Source: Felis catus
Lineage: Eukaryota
Reading direction: 5' to 3'
Assembly (NCBI RefSeq): GCF_018350175.1
Contig: NC_058368.1
Location: forward strand, 228,658,001 to 228,722,000
Length of the DNA stretch: 64,000 bases
Shown here: in pieces, positions 14,802 through 24,644 of the stretch
Layout: the number at the start of each line of letters is the position of its first letter
How positions within the stretch are numbered: the stretch's first letter is position 1
The notes under the pieces: generated by a model
What the model was told of the DNA's origin: nothing
What the model saw: the letters and a program-made list of their open reading frames with translations, nothing else
Database searches by the model: none
Made by a program: the position numbers and the translations under genes

Positions 14802-16480
14802 ATGGGCAGAACAGGAAATCTGCAATGTATGCCAGGTTCCCTTCCTATGGAGCGCCCCTGGTGTGAGCTTTGCTGGAAAGACTCGTATTAGCAATTTCTG
14901 TCCTCTGAGACCATGGACAAAGGAACTCATGGCAGGTGAGATGACAGGTAATCCTTAGAAAGCTCAGGGATAAACAAGTCAAAACCAACTTGTCAATGAT
15001 CCCCCTTTTCCCCTTCTACCTGTCTCTACCTTGATTCTGAAAGACAATAAAAGAATAAGGGACTCAGACTCAACTCTGTCTCCTCTTTCTGGAGAAAGTG
15101 TAGAAATGGTAGTCATGACTTTCTACATCGGATTACTAGCACTTTGCATTCCTTACCTGTTGTTCATTTATAAGGGCATAACAGTATTTTCTTATAATAC
15201 TTCTTTGGAAAACTCAAAGAATTTCTTTCTCTACAAGGTCTTCAATTGATGTTTCACTCAGTATTCCTCTGCTTAAGAAGGACACAGCATTGCAATCCTA
15301 CAGGACAGAGCTGGGGCTCCTGCCTCTGATCAGTGGCTCTCAGGGGCTCCACACTGCTCTCTACATCAACGTGAACACAAAGGATTGGCTACCCCACATG
15401 GGATGGGAAGGGGACAGATGATCAAGGGTTGGACACTTTTGCTCCCCGCAAGTATCTGGAACCCTCTGGATAATCAAATTCAGGGACACTGAGTCACTGT
15501 GTTTGAAATTATACCATGGAGCCATCTGCCACATGCACAAAGATTTGTCTTTTCTTCTGGAATGGTGATGTTCGAACCCATTCTGAGAGTGCCTGTCTCT
15601 TTGCCAGTATAACTGCTTTGGAGAAGTGGGAAGAGGAAAAGAAGAACCAGATCCAGTTGCTCTGTGGTCTGGGCCAAGCCTTCCCTCACCTGATTATTGT
15701 CACCAGTTTCCCAAGTATTGATGAAGATGGTTTTCTCTTTAGAAGGTGGAAAATTACAAACAGAAACTGCATGCCACACAACCAGACAAGAAGTCAAATG
15801 GAATTTCAAAAGGAGAGACACTTCTTTATTATCCGAAGATCCCCAAGGCCTGGGGCAAGGGGCATTTGGATGTGAATCTCAGGTGCACGTCACAGAGTTA
15901 TGACATAGTCGCACAGGGTTTCTGAGGGCAGTAAAGGTGCAGAAAGGGAAAGATGGTCACTCAGTCTCTCCCTGACCCTAAGAGATACCTCTACCCATCC
16001 TGGGCCTATGGCATCACCGTTCACTTCCCTCATCATTCCTGTTTTCCAGTTCCCTTGTTTTTTGTATGTTTTTACCTGGTACAACTTCTATTCATTCCCA
16101 TGTAACTCAGTGTGTGTTACATTAATGAGTCTGTTGCTGCTGTTGGAAATCAAAGCTCTGTGTAGAGCAAGCCTCAGAATTGTCCCTCAAGAGGAGTAAA
16201 AAACTGCTTTGCGTGCCTACCACCTCCTGTTTGTCATTGTTTGTAGGCTGCTTCACAGCTATTAAGTCCCCTGAACTTCTGATGAGTCCTACGGGGAGAC
16301 TAAGCCAGCTCCTGCTGCCAGAGAGCCCACCATAGGCTGGTTACTGTGGGCACTGCAGAGGTATGAGCTGGTCACAGGGAGCATCACCTACAATTATCTA
16401 ACACATTTCTCCTAAATCTGCCTCTACGTCCAGACTTGTGAGAAGGGAACTTAAATGTCAATGGTTTACTCTCCTAGATT

Positions 16481-16499
16481 TAAGCAGCAGTCACATGAT

Positions 16500-16551
<52 letters not shown>

Positions 16552-16604
16552 TATTATATAATAGTTATAGATAACTATATATGTATATAACTATATATTC
16601 CTTA

Positions 16605-16642
<38 letters not shown>

Positions 16643-16657
16643 TGTGATTGCTGCTTA
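16481..16657. repeat. Inverted repeat enclosing (TA)n arrays
   Basis: 19-bp arms at 16481-16499 and 16639-16657 (1 mismatch). Confidence 0.85.
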
Positions 16658-17081
16658 CATATCTCTGGTCTCTCTAGCCACCTTACTACACTGACTAGGA
16701 ACCTCACTGATCAATTTCTTCACATCCATCATTCAATTTTTAAATCCACTAAAACTCCAATGTCGTTAGTTTAGCTTCCTAGAAAGGTCAGCATGCATGA
16801 AGACATCATTTTGAGTGGAAAAGAATAACTTCAGGATACATTGTTTCCAAGAAAACTGTTCCTCAAGGAACAGTGGTATCCTTTTTCTATGGCATTTCCT
16901 AAAATTTTGCGTTCGAAATTATCACTTTTTTTCCCTCAGCTTCAGAACTATGGCTGAAACGATTATATTTAATAGGCCAATATTTTCACTTTAATTCAAA
17001 CATTAGTATTGCAGAAGAAAAATTTATATCCTAATTCATCAGCCCTTAAATCCTTCCTACTATGTATGTATTACAGCATAC

Positions 17082-17165
17082 ACTATGCACTTGTTATCCT
17101 ATGTAGGCCACAGACTAAGAATGACTATGCACTTGTTATCCTATGTAGGCCACAGACTAAGAATG
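17082..17165. repeat. Perfect 42-bp tandem duplication
   Basis: actatgcacttgttatcctatgtaggccacagactaagaatg x2. Confidence 0.95.
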
Positions 17166-18908
17166 CTATTAGTGGAGAACTTTTTTCATGGCTCTGTCTA
17201 CATTTTAATGGCCTCCTCTCCACACTGAAGCCCCCAGATGACTTATGCATCTCACTCATTTTCAAGGTCTTTCACTCCTGAAAGACTTAAGAGGGATTAA
17301 GGCAGAAAATTTGTCTGAAGTTGCTTAGTAACTTCTAAGTGTAAGGGTGGTCTTGAATAGGACTTTGTTTCTCCTCTTTTCCTGCAGAATTTTCTTAGGG
17401 TATCTGAGACGTAGCTGAACTCCCCATATTAGTACGGTGACTCATCAATCACTGCACACATGTGTATAAGCCTGTCAGCATAATGTCAATGCAAGATAAT
17501 TATGCGAGGTCCTCTCACTCGTCCTCCCATAGCTGTGTTCTGAGGGACCCAGGGGACTTTTTTCTTTATCCCAGAAGGTACTGTTAAGATCTCTCAAGTT
17601 CCCTTCTCCCCTGGAGAGACGTGCCCCACAGTTTCCCTATATTTCAACCAGACACACACTTGTCAAAGAGAGTCACTCGGATATCATCACTACTGTTCCT
17701 AAGAAGCAAATAGTGGATAAGTCTTCTGAGTAATGAGACACCCTTCTCCCTCAAGTCATTAGCAGAAGTCACCGTTCCTCTTCTCCATCTCCCATGGTTC
17801 TGTAGAACAAACGTTCGACGCAGAGTTTCTTCAGCTCTGTACTCTCATATTCAAGCCTGAGGCTATAACATTTTTGACTGCTACAATCCAGCGGCTTTTT
17901 TCCAGTCTGCTCCCACTAATAACTCTCTTATAATATTTATAATACTGTCTATTAAGGCTAGAGTTTCTTTTCCCCACAGACACTGTCAAATTATCTTTCA
18001 TCTTCATGCTCGCGCCTTACTTCTTTTCTGAGGGCAGACCTGTTGACAGAGAAGATTGCGACTGAACTTCTTTGCCAACATTACGCCCACCGTAGCTAAA
18101 AAAGGCTGTCCCATCTGTCTCGGCTTGGCTTCCAGCCACCAGTGCTGTCGATTCCAACGGCTGTCAGATGCGCAGCTGGAGTCTCACTCACCGCATCAAC
18201 CGGGGTGGATCTTGGGAATGCTCGCGGACTAGAGAATTTGCATCTGGGGGGCTTGTTTTGCTTTGGATGCTGAATTTATTCGTGTTCGTGGGGCAGGCGA
18301 GTTTCTGACCCCAGGGGTTGCAAGGCTTCATATTCTGAGAGCAACCCAGCCTCTTCAACCTAATAAAAATATCAGAGGGCTAAAGTTGTGTTTTAGAGGC
18401 ACATTAGGTGACATTAACAGAATGATAACAGGGATGAAATGAGTTCAAGGTGGGCCAACATGAGAGATAGGTCCTTGAGACTGGTTCTTGCCAAGAGAAT
18501 TGCTCTAAGGATTTTTACAATTGAAATGGACAGGTGCTATGCCAAAGACACAATGTCTGTTGTAGAGGCCACTTAATGTCATGTTGTAGGGAAGATGAAA
18601 GCAAGCAGGCAGGGATTCTTGAGAACCCAGAAGGCTGATGCCCTGTTTACCAAACTGGTTTAGAGAGAGTTTTCTAGGAAGGGAAGCAAACAGATATTCC
18701 TTTGTACTAGAAGGATAGAAACAAAATAGCCAATTTAGGAAATCAACCAAGACGAAATGGCTCTGGCAGTTCATAGAGGCCCAGGCATACCAGCTTACAC
18801 TCAACAGCATTAAGATTAAAAAAAAAAAGTAGCCTCTATTATGAGTCATAAATTACATTGGTATAACACTTAACTCAGATCCCAGGAGAAAAAGAAGCTT
18901 CTCTTTTG

Positions 18909-18910
<2 letters not shown>

Positions 18911-18952
<42 letters not shown>
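18911..18952. repeat. (GT)21 microsatellite
   Basis: Read directly. Confidence 0.97.
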
Positions 18953-18954
<2 letters not shown>

Positions 18955-19746
18955 TTTATGATCCTCTAATGGAAATGGGTGTTACAGGAGTTACAGTTTG
19001 GAAAGAAAATTTGTAAGATTTTAGAACAAAACCACAGTGAAAATCTAGTCACACAGAAATGTTGTTTTCTCTCAGTTAAGCCAGAAAGATAAACATGGTC
19101 CTGTGTCTTCTCAGATTTTATAGCTGAACTTCAGTTGGTTAATGAGCGAAAACTGATAAAGCAGCTGATGAAAATTACTGGAGGAAAAATGATGGAGTTA
19201 TATAATCAGATGGAAGGAAATTCTATCCCATGGTGAAGGCCGTACTGATAGAAAAATAGGCATACAAAAATGAAGTTGCTCCAGAAGTTTGGGCAATATT
19301 ATAATCAACTTGTTCTGTTCATATATTTTTTTTTTTACTCTACAAGGTCAAAATGCACGTGTAAATAGGCTTTAAGTGATCATTTAGTGAACATATGAAG
19401 CAATCCTAAGTGATAAGAAAAGCTTGATTAGAATTATTTTCCTTCTATAGACCGTAAATGGTGTTCTAGATTTTCTGGAAAGTATGCTTTATTTTGTCTA
19501 ACTATCCATCTACTTAAGTACAGATCTTGTCCTAAAATTTATGGCAGGCTTAATGGACAAAAGGAAAAAACAATGGAAAAAAGCATGAAAACACTGATGC
19601 AGCAAAAAACAATTACAGAAGCAAAATGCTATGGTGCTTGCATTTCACTTTGTATCATGGCTTTTTTTTCACAGCTTGTTGACTCAGTGTGTGCAGAAAT
19701 TTTACCATCAAAATTTTATTTCATTTTTTTTTACCAGATACAGCTA

Positions 19747-19792
19747 ATAGCAAATAGCAAATCAAACACATAGCAAATAGCAAATCAAACAC
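19747..19792. repeat. 23-bp tandem duplication
   Basis: atagcaaatagcaaatcaaacac x2. Confidence 0.9.
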
Positions 19793-20961
19793 ATTTATGG
19801 TGTGTCTTTCATAAGAGGCAAACAAACTAAACAAAATAAATAAAAACAACAACAAAACAAAATAAACTCAACAAAATCCAATCATTTATTCAGCAAACAA
19901 TTCACCAACACTCTTGTGTTTCAGGTCCTGCCGTGGGTGGGCTAGAGATGCAAAGACTCCTTTATTCAAAGGGGAAAAATCCTAGAGATAAAATTTTCAC
20001 ATTAATTAAGGGGTAAAAGGAGTCACATTGCACTAACGTTTCCCCAGTGAATTCAACCGACCGTTGCCATCATAAGTGCAGGGCTTCCTATTGATGCTGG
20101 GTTGGTCCGTGTGTCTTGCTTTGTCCACGGTGACTTTGCTTTGTCCACAGATGTGTGTGACTGGACGTGATGAGTAAAGAAGCCAAGAGGCAATTTTAAA
20201 AGCTATTGTGTGTTTCCATCAGCTTTTTAGTTCTTTTTCTCTGGCCAGGAAAAAGGTGAGTTCAAATAAGGGTTTGCCCTTCAGTCTGAGTCCTAGAATG
20301 AAGGAGAAAATACATAGAAAGGCATTTAACAGCCACCCCTGAGCTGCTCACAGAAAAGACTTGAGGAGTGAAGTTGTTGTAAGCCACTGAGATTTTCTGG
20401 GGGATTGTTATCAGTGTTAAGACTGACCCATTCTGTACTATTCAACTTTACCCATCATATTCTGAAAATTAGTTATTGAAAAGGTTCCAAGTAAATTGGA
20501 GTTTGAAATTTTTCCACCCAAAGATAGAAAATGTTTTTTATCATGTAAAACAGCATGAGAAAAATCCAAGGAAGTATTGATAAGGATGAGAGATTTGGAA
20601 AATATATTTTGGTAAAATCTATGTGAAAGGAAATATTTAATATTTATACATGTTAAATATATTATATATAATATTATATATAATAAAAATAAAATATATA
20701 TTATATGTAATATTATATATAATAATGAGTAATTATCCTGAAGAGAGAAATAAGAGGCATACTTTGATTACCATTCTAAAAGTTAATATGTTTATCCTTA
20801 AGCAAATAAGGAACTAATAAAGTTCAAGGAACAAAGGCAAATAATTTTGTATTTTTGAAAGTCTTCCATGGTGTCATTACACTTGGTGGGGGCAGGGAAT
20901 GGCTCAGGGAAGGCTGTTGTTCATCAAGGGAATGTTATTTGAAGCCATTTTAAAATATGAG

Positions 20962-21331
20962 CGTCTTTGTTCATTTGCCCTGCTATAACAAAATACCACA
21001 GAGTTGCTAGCTTATAAACAACAGAAATTTATTCCTTACAGTTTGGGAAGCTGGAAGTCCAAGATCAGGTAACCAGTTGAGGTCTGGTGAAAGCCCACTT
21101 CCTGGTTCATAGATTGCCTACTTCTCACTGTATCCTCACATGATGGAAGGGGCAAGGGGGCTCTCTGGGGTCTCTTTTATAAAAACACTAATCCCGCTCA
21201 TGAGGGCTCCACCCCAATGACCCAAGCTCCTTCCCAAGACCCCACCTCCAGGTACCATTACACTGGCATTAGGTTTCAACATATAAATTTGGTGGGGAGC
21301 AGGTTGTGGGTACAAACATTCAGATCATAGC
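20962..21331 (-). mobile_element. MLT1A-type MaLR LTR
   Basis: ctgctataacaaaataccac...aacaacagaaatttatt...ctggaagtccaagatcagg. Confidence 0.85.
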
Positions 21332-21429
21332 GATAAGCAAAATTTCACTTGGAGGGCTAAAGATTGAGGCTATTGTAAGGACAGGGGATAGCATTATAGA
21401 GGACAAGAGTTTAAAAAAATTGAAATAGA

Positions 21430-21910
21430 TAAAGTGATCATAAAATTGGTGCGACCTCACAGTAGGGCTCATCTGGGCCTGTGGTGGGAAAAAAATTAAA
21501 AGGCAAGTAGATGACTGGCCATCAAAAGATTTCTTTATGCCATACAAAGCTTTCTGAAATTTCATTCACTGGCCAAACTTAGGTGACATTGAAATAAGTA
21601 AAGCAGTGGAATGACATGACTCCATTTGCATTTTTGAGAGTTATCCATGGATAATGGATTGGAAGTAGCAAAGGAAAAAAAATGTTATTAAGAAGACTGC
21701 CTAAGTTGTTAGAGTAACAGTCCAGGTGAGCTACAGTGAAAACCTGAACTGGGGCAGTAGCAATGAAGACAGAGAAACAACTGACTCTGTGATTGACACA
21801 GGGTACTGATAACTTGGTAGAGAGAGCTTGGAATGAAAGTTGACATCTGGACTTCATACCACCTATGTGGATGATTTCATCCCACGAAACTGGGAAGCAA
21901 GGAGATGTTG
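21430..21910. mobile_element. Ancient LINE-2-like fragment (ERV insertion target)
   Basis: Degenerate similarity, from recall, to the L2 3' region (e.g. gtccaggtgag...cctgaactggggcagtagcaatg). Confidence 0.45.
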
Positions 21911-22251
21911 TGTTATGCCCAGAATTCGTGATCCCCAAAGACCACTAGGGAGCCGAGTCCGATGCAAAAGCAAAGAGCCTTTATTCGAGCTAGCTCGAGC
22001 TCAATCCCCTACCTGCACCGACGCAGCGGTGAGATACCAGGGAAAGAGCGCGAGTTTCAAAAGGACAAAGGTTTTATTGGGGCCTGGGGGCAGTTGGTGA
22101 GGTAATGGCTATGGCCTCAGCCGATTGGCTGGGGAGGGGTCCTGGGGAAGGGTCCGGCAGGTGAGGGAGGGTTTACTCGAGGGGAGGAGGTGTGGTCAAG
22201 GTGAAGGACACAGAACAAGATGGAGTCGGCTGGCGTAGGCCCGCCCTTTCA
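21911..22251 (-). repeat. 3' LTR
   Basis: 341 bp; no mismatch found by eye against 26715-27055; preceded by the PPT; polyA signal AATAAA at 21985-21980. Confidence 0.96.
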
Positions 22252-22261
22252 TTCCCCCCTT
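22252..22261 (-). promoter_or_regulatory. Polypurine tract
   Basis: AAGGGGGGAA immediately 5' of the 3' LTR TGAAAG. Confidence 0.88.
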
Positions 22262-22301
22262 GTCATGTAGCTTACGGACCCAATCATGGGACCGGCTGCA
22301 T

Positions 22302-22565
22302 TTATGGTGACAAGGAGAACAGAGTCTGGAGGTTTACGCAAAGTTCTGGGAACCAAGTGTCCCTGGGATGGCTCTGGGAGGTCTGATTAAGTATTGTCCC
22401 CGAGCTGGTGTCTATGATCTGCCAGGTGATGTTTTGGGGGGCGTGGGGACTCCCGGCAGCATGAGCAATGACAAGCAGAGTTAACAGAGTTACCAATATT
22501 AGGTAGGTCGAATGCGCTGTAGCTTGAGCTTGAGCGGGTTGTGTTGGTCCCAACTGATGGCCCAT
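22302..22565 (-). CDS. env: Truncated env ORF, 87 aa (signal peptide plus first ~50 aa of SU)
   Basis: ATG at 22565 (GCGATGG) overlaps the pol end; hydrophobic YLILVTLLTLLVIAHA; SPH motif, NITW and WFPELC resemble a gammaretroviral SU N-terminus; stop about 40 nt before the PPT. Confidence 0.85.
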   Translation of the reverse strand: MGHQLGPTQPAQAQATAHSTYLILVTLLTLLVIAHAAGSPHAPQNITWQIIDTSSGTILNQTSQSHPRDTWFPELCVNLQTLFSLSP

Positions 22566-24641
22566 CGCGTGACGAAGTCCTTCCGGATCGAGGAGGGGTC
22601 CGCTGGCTGAGCGTGGGTGTGATGGACCCAGGTCGCGATGCCGTCTACCTTGAGAGCGGTGGGGGTTGTCAACACCACGATGTAGGGTCCCTTCCAGCGC
22701 GGCTCGAGAGTCTCTCGGTGGTGCCTCTTGACGTAGACCCAGTCTCCCGGCCTGTACTGATGAGGTGTCGGGATCGGGCCAGCCTCGTAGATGGCACGGA
22801 GGCGCGGCCAAATGTCCTCGTGCGCCCTCTGGAGCCCGCTCAAGGAAAGAAAAAGTTCTTGATCTTTAAACTCAGCAATAAGTTCAGCTCAAAGGCTGGG
22901 AATAACAGGGGGTGGCCTGCCAAACATGATCTCATAGGGAGTAAAACCCAGAGTGTAAGGAGTGTTTCTAACCCAATAAAGGGCGTACGGTAGGAGAGTC
23001 ACCCAGTCCCCGCCAGTCTCCATGGTTAATTTGGTAAGGGTCTCTTTTAGGGTTCTATTCATTCTTTCTACCTGTCCTGAGCTCTGGGGCCTATAAGCAC
23101 AATGTAATTTCCAGTTTGCCCCCACCGCCTTGGCTACTGCCTGTGTTACCTGCGAGATAAAAGCTGGTCCATTGTCTGATCCTACCAGGGCAGGAAAACC
23201 ATACCTGGGTAAGATGTCTTCTAGTAGCTTCTTAGCCACCGTCTGAGCCGTTTCATGCTTGGTTGGGTATGCCTCCACCCAGCCAGAGAAGGTGTCTGTA
23301 AATACTAAAAGATATTTAAAACCATACTTTCCTGGTTTGACTTCAATGAAGTCGACTTCCCATTGGGCTCCCGGTCTGGTGCCTCTGAGCCTGGTTCCTT
23401 TTTTTATTTGATGTGGCCCTCGCGTTGGTGAGTTGGCAGGTCTTGCAGGCAGATACAACTTGCTCTATTTTGGTGTCCTGTTGGTGAATCCTCTCCCTGC
23501 ATATCTGAGCCTTCTTCGCGGATGCCCGGTATCCTAAGGCCCCCAGGGTAGCCAGCAGGTCCTGGGTCCCTCGCTCACAGTCTTTGGCAGTGTCGGCAGC
23601 AATCAGGATGTCATCTACATACTGTAGAAGGGTGAGGCCACGGTGCTCCCTTCTGTACTCACCCAGGTCCTCGTGTAGTGCCTCGTCGAAGATGGTGGGT
23701 GAATTTTTGAATCCCTGAGGTAGCCGTGTCCAGGTGAGTTGTCCACTGTAGCCCTCCTCCGGATCATGCCACTCGAAGGCGAACAAGGGTTGGCTCTGGG
23801 GTGCCAGCGGCAGACTGAAGAAGGCGTCCTTTAAATCTAGTACAGTATACCAGACCCTGGAGGGCGCTAAGGAGCTCAAGAGAGTATATGGGTTGGGAAC
23901 AGTTGGGTGTATGTCCACGACCCTCTTATTTACTTCCCGGAGGTCTTGTACCGGTCGGTAGTCATTTGTGTGAGGCTTTTTGACCGGCAGTAGGGGGGTG
24001 TTCCAGGCAGACTGGCAAGGAACTAGTACCCCTAGGCTTCGTAGTCTCCGGATGTGTGGCTGGATCCCCTTCCAGGCCTCCTGAGACATGGGGTATTGTT
24101 TGATCCTTACCGGACTCTCTCCTGGCTTGAGCTCTACCAGGACTGGGGTCCTATGAGCGGCTAGTCCCATCCCCCCTGTCTCTGCCCAAACCGAGGGGAA
24201 TTCTTGTAGCCATCTGTCTATATTATCCTCTCTCGGGAGTGCCTCCTGGTGGAGGAGGTATTCATCCTCCAGTTTCATGGTCAGGACCTGGATGGGGTGG
24301 CCCTTGCCATCGGTGACCTGAGGCCCCCCTTGTCTGAAAGTTATCTGAGCTCCAATCTTGGTCAGTAAGTCCCGTCCTAACAGCGGGTAGGGGCATTCTG
24401 GTATTACCATAAAGGAGTGGGATACCCGGCCCGTTCCCAAATCTACTGTTCTTCGGGTAGTCCATGAATACTGGCTCATACCAGTTGCCCCTTGTACCCA
24501 GGACTTCTTGCTAGCTAGTTTTCCTTGTGGGGTGCGGAGGACCGAATGTTGTGCTCCGGTGTCGACAAGGAAGTCAATAGGGGTCCCCTCCACTTTAAGA
24601 GTTACCCTGGGTTCGGGGAGAGGGTCTGAACCCTGACTCCC
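22499..24641 (-). pseudogene. pol: pro-pol: intact protease, truncated RT fused to IN, disrupted integrase
   Basis: Motifs [20 protein letters not shown] and [12 protein letters not shown] jumps to IN IHQQD...CKTC near 23490. Frameshift at the A7 run 23399-23405. IN core WEVDF/SDNGPAF/QVERMN, TGA at 22891-22889, then the GPY C-terminal domain ends at 22499. Confidence 0.95.
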
Positions 24642-24644
24642 CTA
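24585..24644 (-). promoter_or_regulatory. gag-pol UAG readthrough signal (pseudoknot-like)
   Basis: TAG-GGGAGTCA-GGGTTC...GAACCC...GGAGGGG; pro continues in frame ([19 protein letters not shown]), as in MLV. Confidence 0.85.

Noticed and set aside
15480..15903. Overlapping 113-119-aa ORFs in unique sequence
   Set aside because: No recognisable domain, splice structure or polyA/TSD to support an exon or processed pseudogene
22302..22565. Naming the provirus as enFeLV, RD-114 or ERV-DC, or the mini-env as Refrex-1/FeLIX
   Set aside because: The Gag, LTR and env sequences do not match what I recall of those viruses, and the ORF is far shorter; family assignment needs a database search
22566..22811. 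N-terminal extension of the 169-aa env-frame ORF
   Set aside because: It starts at TTG and overlaps IN; the first ATG after the splice acceptor is 22565
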